Shown in pieces: positions 8,815 to 18,076 of a DNA stretch of 26,110 nt. The first letter of the stretch is position 1, and each line of letters starts with the position of its first letter. The translations under genes and the position numbers were made by a program. Source of the stretch: a virus (taxonomy: Duplodnaviria > Caudoviricetes); IMG/VR virus record IMGVR_UViG_3300012231_000043, positions 1-26,110 of that record, one strand, 5' to 3'. The notes under the pieces were generated by a model that was not told where the DNA came from, did no database searches, and saw only the letters and a program-made list of their open reading frames with translations.

Positions 8815-11337
8815 CTAGGCGACAGTGATTCCATAGAACGAAGTCACCCAGGCCTCGAAATCTGCCCAGCCCGGATCGGATTCGGGATCGCCGTAGTAGA
8901 CACCGACAAACGCAATCTGCCCGTCAAACCGGTGCGACGCCGTTGACGCTCCAATCGCATAGCCGATCGTCAACCCGTCGTACTGGTCGGTACCGGCATC
9001 GCCCGGACCGGCAAATGTACCCGAGATGACAAGCGCCGAACTAGCACCATTGAACTTCGCCACAAACAAGTTGGGGTTCAGATCGTTGTTCGAGATGTTG
9101 ACAATGGTCCCGGCAAAGAGCGACCAGAATGTGGTACTCCGAGCACGCATCTCGGCACGGTTAGAAGCGCCGCCACCATCATGCAGGGTACGCCCGGTCC
9201 CCGCCCCTGAGGTAACATCGTCGAACTTTGCGACAGTCACGATTGCGAATGGTTGCGACCCAAGATCGCCATGCACTGCCGCCAGGATCGAGAGTTGCCG
9301 GGTCTCGTCCGGATTGAAGTCAAGCACCTTCTTGTTGTTGAAGCTGGCATGTGCCGTATCCATCACCGGCACTTTCGGGGATATACCGGTCAGGTCTTCG
9401 GCGCCAACCTCATCGGGGAACGTCAGCACTTCGGCAGCGTCCGCCTCCATAAGGTTCTGCGCCCAATAGGCGGCATGCCAGGCGATACTCGTAATCGGGT
9501 CGAACGAATCGAACGTAACGGTATTGTCAGTCGAGGTCGAAGCCAGGTTAAGAAGACCGGTCAACATGGATGCACACACGCCAGCAGGAATGTTCACAAT
9601 CACCGTACCGCTACCCGTCATTCCCGAAACGGCAATCGTGTAGGTAATGTTATCCAGCGTCGAAACCTCGGCTACAGTGGCACCAGCCGTACCGGTTATC
9701 AAGACATCGGTTCCGACAAACCCTGTAACGGGTTGATCGAACACAGCCTCAAACAGGATAGGTGTATCGAAGGCGGGATCGGACTGTCCAGCCTTCTGGT
9801 TGATCGTCACTGCCGGTCCGACAGGAATTTCCGACCATCCGTACAGACGTTGAATCCACATGGTAGAGAACGCTTTGATTTGCAATGCTCCTGACAGACC
9901 ATCCAGACGAACCTCTTGTCCGGTAGTGTCCTGAGCAGCTAACACACCATTCAGATACAGACTCTTGTCACCGTCTTGATCTACGGCAACGAAGATGACA
10001 ACCCGATCACTGGTGTATCCGCTATCCAGATCGAGGGGGAGGCCATTGAGAACGATATTGCCACCCGTTTCCCTGGGAGCCACAAACTGTACGCCCCACT
10101 TGCCGAGACTGGTGTAGGTAACGTTGATCTGGACTTGCCCGCCACCTATGTCCAGGATTCGATCCGTGTGAAATCCACCAGGAGGATTGGACGGCAAGTC
10201 AGTCATCCAAACGTCCATCATGATGGCAAGGTCATTACCATTGGTCAAGCCCTCTAGGGCAGGCAGGAAGGTTGATCCGAGAACCTTGGAGTTAAGGCTG
10301 TCATCGTAGGTTACGGCTACAAGGTTCCATTCACCATCCACGTAGACAGGAAGGTCATACCCAATCCCGGTAACGATCTGTACCCCAGTCAGGTATTCAC
10401 GGACAATGATCCCTTCACCTTCTACGAAACAGATATATGGAATGGCAAAGAGATCGGCAGACGAACCGGGAGCACTCAAGACAGAGTCGGATGGATCATT
10501 ACCACCACACTCAGCATTCCAATCTGCCCCACCAGTAAATGGAGGACCGTAAATCCATGGACCGGGAACACCATTGCAAACCTCACGATACTTAATCCGA
10601 TACACCCGCAAGGTATCCAACAGAGTGATGTCAAGAGGGATCGTCCCAGCATCGCCAGCAATCTGACCACCGTAAATCGTATCGCCCCAGAGACCGGTAA
10701 CAGGATCAACTATCTGTAACTGCCATTCCCACCAACAGTCCGTCCCACCAACCGAACCAGGTGTCCCGTCCGTGGGAGGAATGGGGATAATGGGATTCCC
10801 GCCACCGTCATCGACAGGAACACCAACACCCGCCGTGGTGGCGAATGCCCGTGATCTTATCTGACTAAGTGATTCGACCTCAACTGGCAGGGACGGACAG
10901 TTACGGAGAGCGGACACGAAATTCATGGTGTCCTGCTCACGACGCACCAACTGAATCTGGAACGTATAATCCGTACCAGGCGACAACCCGAAGGCAGTCC
11001 ACGTAGTGATCGGGTAATCATACTCAGCCCAGATGTCCCCGAACTCTACAATGCGAACCCGAACATGGGTTGGATCACCTTGAGTTTGTACCGGATTCTC
11101 CCAGGTAAAGATTGCCGAGTACCGATCCGGCACTACCGTAATGGCAGCCACGGATGCAAGAGGGATCATGGCGCTATTGATGACCTCTTGCTTGAAGTCA
11201 AAGAAGTCGCCAGACAGACGATTGAATTCGTCCATCGTGAGCCGCCGAATGTCCCGCATCCAAGCCTGGACCTTGGGATCGTCAGAGTTGGGCGAGTTGG
11301 GTAACTCCAACCTGTGACGACGAGGATTCTCAACCAT
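8815..11337 (-). CDS. Multidomain tail fibre / receptor-binding protein (FN3, LamG-like, Ig-like, LamG-like), 840 aa
   Basis: FN3 signature FTWENP..GLSPGTDYTFQI; LamG-like KSLYLNGV; bacterial Ig-like PAVTINQKAGQSDP..STSTDNTVTFD; C-terminal concanavalin-like domain ending FDGQIAFVGVY..WVTSFYGI. Confidence 0.7.
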   Translation of the reverse strand: MVENPRRHRLELPNSPNSDDPKVQAWMRDIRRLTMDEFNRLSGDFFDFKQEVINSAMIPLASVAAITVVPDRYSAIFTWENPVQTQGDPTHVRVRIVEFGDIWAEYDYPITTWTAFGLSPGTDYTFQIQLVRREQDTMNFVSALRNCPSLPVEVESLSQIRSRAFATTAGVGVPVDDGGGNPIIPIPPTDGTPGSVGGTDCWWEWQLQIVDPVTGLWGDTIYGGQIAGDAGTIPLDITLLDTLRVYRIKYREVCNGVPGPWIYGPPFTGGADWNAECGGNDPSDSVLSAPGSSADLFAIPYICFVEGEGIIVREYLTGVQIVTGIGYDLPVYVDGEWNLVAVTYDDSLNSKVLGSTFLPALEGLTNGNDLAIMMDVWMTDLPSNPPGGFHTDRILDIGGGQVQINVTYTSLGKWGVQFVAPRETGGNIVLNGLPLDLDSGYTSDRVVIFVAVDQDGDKSLYLNGVLAAQDTTGQEVRLDGLSGALQIKAFSTMWIQRLYGWSEIPVGPAVTINQKAGQSDPAFDTPILFEAVFDQPVTGFVGTDVLITGTAGATVAEVSTLDNITYTIAVSGMTGSGTVIVNIPAGVCASMLTGLLNLASTSTDNTVTFDSFDPITSIAWHAAYWAQNLMEADAAEVLTFPDEVGAEDLTGISPKVPVMDTAHASFNNKKVLDFNPDETRQLSILAAVHGDLGSQPFAIVTVAKFDDVTSGAGTGRTLHDGGGASNRAEMRARSTTFWSLFAGTIVNISNNDLNPNLFVAKFNGASSALVISGTFAGPGDAGTDQYDGLTIGYAIGASTASHRFDGQIAFVGVYYGDPESDPGWADFEAWVTSFYGITVA

Positions 11338-13238
11338 CAGTTCCCCTTGGGGAGGCGAGCACGTTCGTTCACGACTATTCCAACAGCATGAATCTTGGGT
11401 GCCGGGGCATCAACGTGACCAGAGTTGACCTGGATCCTTACCTGACAATTCAATGCCTGGAAATTGGGTGAGACATCTCGGATCAGGGTTTGAGTATTGG
11501 TATTCGGAGCGGTAAGGAACTCGGTATCGACAGAGGCCACTTCTCGACCATCGGCTGCGAATCCCGTCAGAGTGACCGTGACCGTAGCCGGAGTGACCGA
11601 ACCGGGCGTCACGTCCAGCCGTAGCTCCTGCACCGTTAGCGTGCGCCGACGAGACTGATACAACGGCAAAGACTTCCAACTATACGTATCGACAAGGACT
11701 TCCGGGGTTGCCGTCCACCAAATTACATCATTGTCAGCAGACAACTTGTGGGGAAAGGCGTATAGCCGGTTGGTCTCGTTCGATACGTCATACGCCATAA
11801 TCGACACACCAGTATCATCCGGGGAGTCAATCCGCCACCAAGCTTGACTACGAGTGTCAAACAGGTAATTGTTGGGTACCGCCACCCAGGGATTCCACCA
11901 TCCGAACCGACCACGTTGCGCCAGATAGACAAGATCGGGGTCGTGATTCCAGAACCATCCCTCAATCTGGGGAGACAGGTGCTTTGACGTGTCGCCACCT
12001 TCCCATACGAACACCCCGGATCGAGTCCCATAAACAAGACCGATAGGTGTAGAGGCAGGGATGGACCGGGCACCGTGCGTGGATTCAACATAGGGCTGTT
12101 GAACAACGGTGGGGTTGTCAAGATCGCCCCGGACGATAACCGCACCGCCACGATCCTTAATGAAGATGATTTCATCAGCCGTGATGGAGGCCATGGCACC
12201 CGTCCGATCAGGCTTTTCCTCACCGAACAAGGCAAGTTCGTAGCATCCGAATCCGAGGGTGGCATAGAAGTCTTGAACCGGCGAATAGTGGACAGACTCA
12301 CCGATGACTCGGTATTGGGTCACACCAGAGGGAACACCGAAGGGTGAGGCCACACGGGATACTCCCACAATACGACCCTGGTGTCCGACCAACCAACAAA
12401 CACCCTGCATGACTGTCCCGGTAATGGTGTTGAAGATTGGGTACGTATCATCCAGGAACCCGGATCGGAGCAGTTCTTCCGCCCAATTTACATCGGGAAA
12501 GATGCCGATAACCCGTCCGTATTTGCCAGGGTAAATTATACCGGTATGGGTGTCGAAGTCTGTGAGCGCCTGTTCGCCTGCGGGAATGTTGCCGACAATC
12601 CACTGTGAGCCTTGATAGCCAACGTATCCCGGTGGGGCATAAGCAACCCACACCACAGATTCATAAGCAGGCGAGTCGATGAGGGTCCGACCCTTGAACG
12701 AGATGAAGTTGCCCGACCCGATCTGCAATGGATCAAGCAAGTCAAGAGAGTCCGACGATCTGGCCCACATCATGTCATGGACCGATGACCCGTTCAGGAA
12801 TGGCTTATGGAATTGAGCAACAACAGTCCACTGAAAGTTCAAACTCCCTGATACCTTGTACGCCATCCCGTACATGGTGAACACGCCAGCCCGGTCAGGA
12901 TCGACGGCATTATTCTCGTCCTGTTGGTACATGTCGCCCCGGATCACGCCATCCAAGAGGTAACTTACGGCTGCCCCTCCCAGGTACCGGGCAGCCGCAT
13001 TGTCGGCCGTGGGTAACGGTTGAGAGGTCCGCCCTGCAACCAGTTTCGGCAAGGGGACCAGAGAACCCGTCCGGTCAGCACAGCACCGGTAAGTATCCTC
13101 GATGGTTGCCGCACCAGGCTGCACACGCATGCGCCCCTCCCGTGTCTCGGGAGGGGTTTCCGACACCGTAGCGTGGAAGTCAGAGTAGATACCAGGCGAG
13201 AAGTCGTCAATGACAATCATCTCCTGGGCTTCCCTCAT
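11337..13238 (-). CDS. Tail nozzle / DNA stabilisation protein (P22 gp10 / T7 gp12-like), 633 aa
   Basis: N-terminal IDDFSPGI and a beta-rich, propeller-like body (IIFIKDRGGAVIVRG, GLVYGTRSGVFVWEG, YLFDTRSQAWW). Size and position fit. Confidence 0.6.
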   Translation of the reverse strand: MREAQEMIVIDDFSPGIYSDFHATVSETPPETREGRMRVQPGAATIEDTYRCCADRTGSLVPLPKLVAGRTSQPLPTADNAAARYLGGAAVSYLLDGVIRGDMYQQDENNAVDPDRAGVFTMYGMAYKVSGSLNFQWTVVAQFHKPFLNGSSVHDMMWARSSDSLDLLDPLQIGSGNFISFKGRTLIDSPAYESVVWVAYAPPGYVGYQGSQWIVGNIPAGEQALTDFDTHTGIIYPGKYGRVIGIFPDVNWAEELLRSGFLDDTYPIFNTITGTVMQGVCWLVGHQGRIVGVSRVASPFGVPSGVTQYRVIGESVHYSPVQDFYATLGFGCYELALFGEEKPDRTGAMASITADEIIFIKDRGGAVIVRGDLDNPTVVQQPYVESTHGARSIPASTPIGLVYGTRSGVFVWEGGDTSKHLSPQIEGWFWNHDPDLVYLAQRGRFGWWNPWVAVPNNYLFDTRSQAWWRIDSPDDTGVSIMAYDVSNETNRLYAFPHKLSADNDVIWWTATPEVLVDTYSWKSLPLYQSRRRTLTVQELRLDVTPGSVTPATVTVTLTGFAADGREVASVDTEFLTAPNTNTQTLIRDVSPNFQALNCQVRIQVNSGHVDAPAPKIHAVGIVVNERARLPKGN

Positions 13239-13522
13239 GACAACAACCCTGCCTTCACAACATCAATCATCACCAGTACGTATTGTCGCTCAACTTCCAG
13301 GGCTTGTATCTCGCCATCATCCTGGGCAAGGAGAGCGTCGAATTGACTGCCAGCCTGTTTGGAGGTTTCACGACGGTCAGTTACCGCACGATCAGACAGG
13401 TTCTCCCAGGCGGCAGCAACAGACTTGATCTTCTCAGCAATCAGGTCGCCACGCTGGGCATACAGCCTGGCCAGCGATGTCGTCAGACGTTCCAGGCGGA
13501 CAAGCAGTTCCGCCAGTGTCAT
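13235..13522 (-). CDS. Hypothetical coiled-coil protein, 95 aa
   Basis: Coupled on both sides (TGATG and ATGA); heptad-like Leu pattern. Confidence 0.7.
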   Translation of the reverse strand: MTLAELLVRLERLTTSLARLYAQRGDLIAEKIKSVAAAWENLSDRAVTDRRETSKQAGSQFDALLAQDDGEIQALEVERQYVLVMIDVVKAGLLS

Positions 13523-14151
13523 CAGGTCCCAGGCGGCGGGGCCAGTGTCGCACCCTTGCCACCCTTGGGCTTCGGGCCAGTCGGCACGGTTTGCGGCGTA
13601 TCCTCACCGGCCTGACCCTCAGGAAGGGATGAGTTGCCGTCTTGACCGGGACCATCCTGGGAAGCGACTGCCGCCTGACCTTCCGTGTCCTGTTGCCCGA
13701 CAAGATGAATGAGCAGGGACTGCATGGCATCCAACTGCTGTTGCTGTTTGGCGATGACGGCTTCCAACGCCCCGACGTTGAGGTTGGTGAGGCTGCCCAT
13801 ATCGGGTCCACCGGGCACGTTGCCTGCGTACTTGCCGTCCGGGTCTTCGATGACCATGTAGACTCGGTTGCCGGTCTCCACGTCGTAGACCTCGACCTTG
13901 GGACGCCGTGCCTCCCATTCCTCGGTAGACATGTTGCCCATCTCGTAGTTGAACAAACCACGGGACTGCTTGAGGGAACGGGTACGGGCTTGATCTGTGG
14001 GAGTGTCTACCGTGGCGGGATCACCGAACAGGGAACACGCCAAGTCCCATGGTACCATGATTTCAGCACCAGAGGGGAGGATGCGCTTCTGGTTCGACTG
14101 ATGAAAGTCGAAGTCCTGCTCGCCCTTGTTGACCAGTCGAACGAACTGCAT
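13522..14151 (-). CDS. Hypothetical protein, 209 aa
   Basis: RBS AGAAGGA; globular N-terminus, short coiled coil and low-complexity tail; follows the capsid genes. Confidence 0.75.
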   Translation of the reverse strand: MQFVRLVNKGEQDFDFHQSNQKRILPSGAEIMVPWDLACSLFGDPATVDTPTDQARTRSLKQSRGLFNYEMGNMSTEEWEARRPKVEVYDVETGNRVYMVIEDPDGKYAGNVPGGPDMGSLTNLNVGALEAVIAKQQQQLDAMQSLLIHLVGQQDTEGQAAVASQDGPGQDGNSSLPEGQAGEDTPQTVPTGPKPKGGKGATLAPPPGT

Positions 14152-14180
14152 GTCATGAATCCTTCTATGAGTTGTGGGCT

Positions 14181-14227
14181 ACAGCAAAGGACGACCCCGG
14201 TGCGGGATACCGGGGTCGCCTTGCTGT
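14181..14227 (-). terminator. Probable intrinsic terminator after the capsid and cement genes
   Basis: Perfect 10-bp stem CGACCCCGGT/ACCGGGGTCG (14192-14201 and 14209-14218) with a 7-nt loop and extendable arms; short TTT follows on the minus strand. Confidence 0.75.
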
Positions 14228-14240
14228 CCCTGCTGACCGA

Positions 14241-14729
14241 TCAGTACTGGTTGATGAAGCAGAGCGCCAAGAGAGTGGTGGCATCCTTGACGCCGAATAC
14301 CCGGCCCAGGTTGCTGCCCACGATCATGGCGGCGTCAAAGGTCGGAGCGGCTGCCCGGATGAGTTCACCGGCCGTGGTTGTCGGATTGATGACAACCTCG
14401 CCTGCCGCCGCTGTCTGGGCATTCATCCAGACGAGGCAGAACCCCAGGACGCAGACTCTGACATAGGCGCCTGCCGCTGCGGCTTCCATGGCCACGCCAG
14501 CAAACTCCAAGTCCGTTGAGGCTGCTGGCATGGGGGTGACGGATACAGGCACGGTTGCCGTGGGGTTGACCCACGAAACACCATGTCCCTTGAGGACGGC
14601 GGCGTTGGCACGGTAGGTACCGTACAGGCAACCGTATGCGTGGGCTTGACCCTCATCATCGACCCCTGACACGAATGTCGTGGTCCTGGTGAATGCGCCA
14701 GCCGGATTGTTGAGTCCTGCTACTTGCAT
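14241..14729 (-). CDS. Capsid cement / decoration protein, 162 aa
   Basis: Directly after the capsid gene. ANAAVLKG..FAGVAMEAAAAGAYVRVCVLG resembles DUF2190-type cement proteins. RBS AAAGGACAAGGA. Confidence 0.65.
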   Translation of the reverse strand: MQVAGLNNPAGAFTRTTTFVSGVDDEGQAHAYGCLYGTYRANAAVLKGHGVSWVNPTATVPVSVTPMPAASTDLEFAGVAMEAAAAGAYVRVCVLGFCLVWMNAQTAAAGEVVINPTTTAGELIRAAAPTFDAAMIVGSNLGRVFGVKDATTLLALCFINQY

Positions 14730-14767
14730 GATCCTTGTCCTTTCTGGAGGTGTCTGCTACGTGGCCG

Positions 14768-15799
14768 TCAGGCGTTGTAGTTGAACACCCCGCCTTGCTG
14801 GTCGCAGTTGGTGCAGATGAGGTTGCCCGCCCAGAGGATCGAGGCGACCATGGCATCCTGGTTGGTCGGCTCCTGGAAGGGCTTGAGGAAGAAGTCTGCC
14901 CGCTTGGCCACGACCCAATGCAGGAAGTTCTCGTTGAGGAAGTACACCCGGCTGTTGTTGGCGTCCACGATGCCCTGGCCGACATGCGAATCCACAACCC
15001 ACGGCGTGTTGTTCATCAACAGGTTGGTGAAACCTGCTGACGCCATCAAGGCGTCATGACCCATGGGCTGACGGTCGTACGAGACAGCGTACCCGGCCGT
15101 GCCAGCGTTCAGGTTGTAGAACCGGTTGTACTGGTCCTGGCCGCTGACGATGAGTGTCGGATGGTTGCCACCCCGAGTTGCCTCATGGAAGTTGCTGTTC
15201 AGATTGCTGACCGACATTGTTGCAGTCGATGCCACGCCTTGAACAGACGAATTCCACCAGGTGTTGGCGGTGCGGGTCAGACCACCGTAGGTGGCATTGC
15301 CGATCGTGGTACCCGTACCGACGATCCCGGCGAGACCGTCGATTTCGATGACCCCGGCCGGACTGGCGTTGATGCCTGCCGCCGTGCCCAGACCGTCACC
15401 AAACAGGCCACGGGCCAAGAACTCGGCCATCTCCATCTTGGCCTGCGCCGACTGCATGGTCAGGAAGTTGACAATGCTGTCGGGGTTGTCGGCCTTGAGT
15501 AGGGTGAGACCATCCACCGACCATGTCACGTAGTACTGCTTCCAGTCCCAGGCGGCATTCTTGATGGTGTCGGATGGCGTCGTGTTGAAGGTCTGGTTCC
15601 CACGATAGGCACCCCCGCTGTTGAAGCGGGCGTACATCATCGGCGCTTCGATGTGCTCGCCACCCTGTTGCTGCCTCTTGTTCATTGCCATGAGGCGATA
15701 CAGCACGACATTGCTGCCGTAAATCTGGTCGGTCACTTCCGGCATGATCCATCGCCGGGCAATCGACGTGATCGTGTTGGTACCGATCGGGGTCGTCAT
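14768..15799 (-). CDS. Major capsid protein, 343 aa
   Basis: Size, position after the scaffold, strongly C/G-ending codons and motifs (DQIYGSN, WKQYY, GLFGDG, IDGLAGIV, VYFLNENFL) typical of HK97-fold capsids. RBS GAGGAAAGG. Confidence 0.88.
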   Translation of the reverse strand: MTTPIGTNTITSIARRWIMPEVTDQIYGSNVVLYRLMAMNKRQQQGGEHIEAPMMYARFNSGGAYRGNQTFNTTPSDTIKNAAWDWKQYYVTWSVDGLTLLKADNPDSIVNFLTMQSAQAKMEMAEFLARGLFGDGLGTAAGINASPAGVIEIDGLAGIVGTGTTIGNATYGGLTRTANTWWNSSVQGVASTATMSVSNLNSNFHEATRGGNHPTLIVSGQDQYNRFYNLNAGTAGYAVSYDRQPMGHDALMASAGFTNLLMNNTPWVVDSHVGQGIVDANNSRVYFLNENFLHWVVAKRADFFLKPFQEPTNQDAMVASILWAGNLICTNCDQQGGVFNYNA

Positions 15800-15855
15800 A
15801 GCGGTTTACCTTTCCTCTGTCGTATCCGGTGATGGATGCCGAACGAACTTGGGGG

Positions 15856-17082
15856 TCAAGATTGCTGACCCCATAGCTCGGTCAGTTCGTCCAACATGCC
15901 TTGACGACGCTGTTGGGGCGTCATCTTGGCGATGTCGGTTGGGTTGCTGGGTACGGCAGCAGAAGGTGCGGTAGCGACGGACCCAGCTGCGGCCTTCTTG
16001 CCTGCCACGCCTTGTCGGATCGTTTCCTCGGATGCTTGACGCTGGGTGTAAATATGGTCTTCGTACACCGTGCGAAGTTGTGGGTCGATTGTCATGGCGG
16101 TCTCGAACGCCTCAGTGAACACGGTTCCCATAGGTGCCTCGGACAGTACACCGCCGAATGGGTCCCGTTGGCGATACTTGTCTGCGATCGCCGGGATGAT
16201 CTGCAAGGCAGGGGTTACCTTTTGCAGGTGAGCGACCAGTTCCGGGGTCAGGGTGTACTTCTCCCGAATGGCTGCAAGTGCCTGATCCATCGCCTGTTGC
16301 GCCTGGATTCGCTGAGTGGCCTGTGCTGTCGCTCGGGCCGTGATGTCGGCCTCGCTAAACTGAGTACCGGGAACAGGCTGCTGCTGAACTTGACTGGTCG
16401 GCGCTCCACGCTCGGCTGCCTCTTTCTCCAACCGGTCCACATAGGCCAGAAACTCAGGCTGGACAAACGACGTGTCGAATGCCGGACGCTGGGGGGCGGG
16501 TTGCGTGGCGGTCGGGCGACCGGCCTGAACCCATGCCTGGTATGCCGAGAAGTCTTCCTTACTGATTGCATGCTGGCTGCCTTCCTCGATGGCACGCCAG
16601 GTGTCCTTGAGGGCCTGTGGCTTTGCTTCCATCCACTGATGTAGCTGGATGAGATAGTTGGCCTGATCCTGGGAAACTTGGAAGGGATCGCCCGACGAGA
16701 GAATGACCGTGAGCGGGCCTGCCGGTTCTGGCGGTGGCAATTCCTCACCGGCTGCGGGTGGCGGGAGAGCATCCCCACCGGGAGCAACGGCTCCCCCGGT
16801 GGGCGGCGGAAGTTCAGCAGGAGCGTTGGCACTGGGCGTGAGAGACCCAGCATCCGCACCACCGGACTGAGTACCGGGGTCGGTTGCCGTTTTGCTGTCG
16901 GGACCGGGAGGCTGCGCCCCAGCCTGCTGGCCGTTGGGGGGTGTCGTGGCATCATATCCACGACTGACCATGAGGCGGTCGATGTCGGCCAGGAGGGCGG
17001 GATCGGTACCCGGTTCGTCACCCTCGTTGTCATCCATCCATGCGGGACGGGAACTGGGGGTGGGGCCTGACGTATCGCTCAT
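15856..17082 (-). CDS. Capsid scaffolding protein, 408 aa
   Basis: Acidic Pro-rich N-terminus, helical middle and short C-terminal helix (MTPQQRRQGMLDEL); immediately upstream of the capsid gene; RBS AGGAG. Confidence 0.65.
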   Translation of the reverse strand: MSDTSGPTPSSRPAWMDDNEGDEPGTDPALLADIDRLMVSRGYDATTPPNGQQAGAQPPGPDSKTATDPGTQSGGADAGSLTPSANAPAELPPPTGGAVAPGGDALPPPAAGEELPPPEPAGPLTVILSSGDPFQVSQDQANYLIQLHQWMEAKPQALKDTWRAIEEGSQHAISKEDFSAYQAWVQAGRPTATQPAPQRPAFDTSFVQPEFLAYVDRLEKEAAERGAPTSQVQQQPVPGTQFSEADITARATAQATQRIQAQQAMDQALAAIREKYTLTPELVAHLQKVTPALQIIPAIADKYRQRDPFGGVLSEAPMGTVFTEAFETAMTIDPQLRTVYEDHIYTQRQASEETIRQGVAGKKAAAGSVATAPSAAVPSNPTDIAKMTPQQRRQGMLDELTELWGQQS

Positions 17083-17101
17083 GTCTGTCTCCTAGGTACG
17101 G

Positions 17102-17389
17102 TTACTGAGGTCCGGCTGCGGGTTGGAGTACCCGGCGAAGTTCGTCGCCTGCACCTGCCATGTTCGGCATACTCATGGCCCCGCCGCCAGGTGGGATTCC
17201 GGGTTGGGCTGGCGGAAGAACTCCCTGTGCTCGCATGTCGTCTACGGGCTTCTTGAGTCTTTCCAGGATCATGTTCTCCAAGCCGATGAGGAATGGCATG
17301 TCGGCATCGGGGAGGGTCTTCCCCTCTGCGATGTTCTTGTTCATCTTCTGCAACCATTCGACCATGGTGTTGTCTACACGAGTTGCCAT
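17102..17389 (-). CDS. Hypothetical protein, 95 aa
   Basis: RBS GGGAGG; host-like codon usage; lies in the head operon. Confidence 0.75.
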   Translation of the reverse strand: MATRVDNTMVEWLQKMNKNIAEGKTLPDADMPFLIGLENMILERLKKPVDDMRAQGVLPPAQPGIPPGGGAMSMPNMAGAGDELRRVLQPAAGPQ

Positions 17390-17428
17390 GCCATTCCTCC
17401 CGACTCAGCTTGTGGGCGCACTTGTGGG

Positions 17429-17587
17429 TCAGCCCCGGCTGGAACCGGACCCGTTGAACTCCTGCGGCGAGGGCTTCTGGTCACGGCCCCGGACCTTGGC
17501 CATGGGTTCCGACCCGAAGACACCCGAATTGGTATGGCCGACCTTGACGATCGGGGCGTCCTTGGTGGTGCCGATGTCCTGCTTCAT
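17429..17587 (-). CDS. Small hypothetical protein, 52 aa (not in the ORF track)
   Basis: Hand translation MKQDIGTTKDAPIVKVGHTNSGVFGSEPMAKVRGRDQKPSPQEFNGSGSSRG; RBS GAAAGGAA; mostly C/G-ending codons. Confidence 0.7.
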   Translation of the reverse strand: MKQDIGTTKDAPIVKVGHTNSGVFGSEPMAKVRGRDQKPSPQEFNGSGSSRG

Positions 17588-17619
17588 GATGGGTTCCTTT
17601 CATCGGTGATCGAGGTCAC

Positions 17620-17684
17620 GGGGGCAGCATACACAACCGGTGTGATGTACGGGTAGACCCCCCTCGAGATGGTACTGTGCGGCT
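17620..17684. promoter_or_regulatory. Candidate divergent promoter pair
   Basis: Minus strand: TATGCT at 17631-17626. Plus strand: TGG-TACTGT (extended -10, 17670-17678) 6 nt before ATG 17685. A near-palindrome CACAACCGGTGTG (17632-17644) lies between them. Confidence 0.55.
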
Positions 17685-18062
17685 ATGGGAAAGAAGATGG
17701 ACGACAGTGTTGCGGACGCCATGCTCGCCAAAATCGCCACGTCTACCAGGTTGACCGTTACGTCGGCGGAACCGGCAAACTTTGCCGGTATCGCTGCCGT
17801 GTTGCTTGGCAGCTATGTCATGACGGCAGGTTTAGGCGGTGGGGATTACTCGGCAGCCGCCAACGGGGACGTAAGTGGCCGCAAGACTCAGGTACTGGCT
17901 CAGACCGGCAACAACGCTTCGGCATCAGGGTCGGCCAATCACACCTGTCTAGATGACGGGACAACCCTTCTGTATGTAACCACATGCCCAGCAGTCAGCA
18001 CGAACAGCGGGCAACCATTCAACGTAGCCGCATGGGACATCGAAGTCGCTGACCCAGTCTGA
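17685..18062 (+). CDS. Putative virion structural (fibre-associated) protein, 125 aa
   Basis: Motifs ANGDVSGRK, LLYVTTC and WDIEVADP resemble a widespread small beta-rich phage protein family I recall next to fibre genes. First gene of the plus-strand cassette. Confidence 0.6.
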   Translation: MGKKMDDSVADAMLAKIATSTRLTVTSAEPANFAGIAAVLLGSYVMTAGLGGGDYSAAANGDVSGRKTQVLAQTGNNASASGSANHTCLDDGTTLLYVTTCPAVSTNSGQPFNVAAWDIEVADPV

Positions 18063-18076
18063 TCGGAGATTGACCC

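Noticed and set aside
8815-9100. Diversity-generating retroelement target at the fibre tip
   Set aside because: No reverse transcriptase and no near-identical template repeat are visible in the window.
14729-14770. Readthrough or frameshift fusing capsid to cement protein
   Set aside because: The two genes are in different frames, the cement frame has a TAG in the gap, readthrough stops after a few codons, and the cement gene has its own RBS.
13642-16644. Long antisense or alternative-frame ORFs, such as 13642-14466 and 15901-16644
   Set aside because: These are typical shadow ORFs of GC-rich genes, with no RBS or motifs, and they overlap well-supported genes.
17410-17428. CCCACAA repeated twice here and once near 14172 as a regulatory motif
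   Set aside because: The same 7-mer also occurs inside coding regions (near 671, 945, 16080 and 21671), so it is not clearly enriched.
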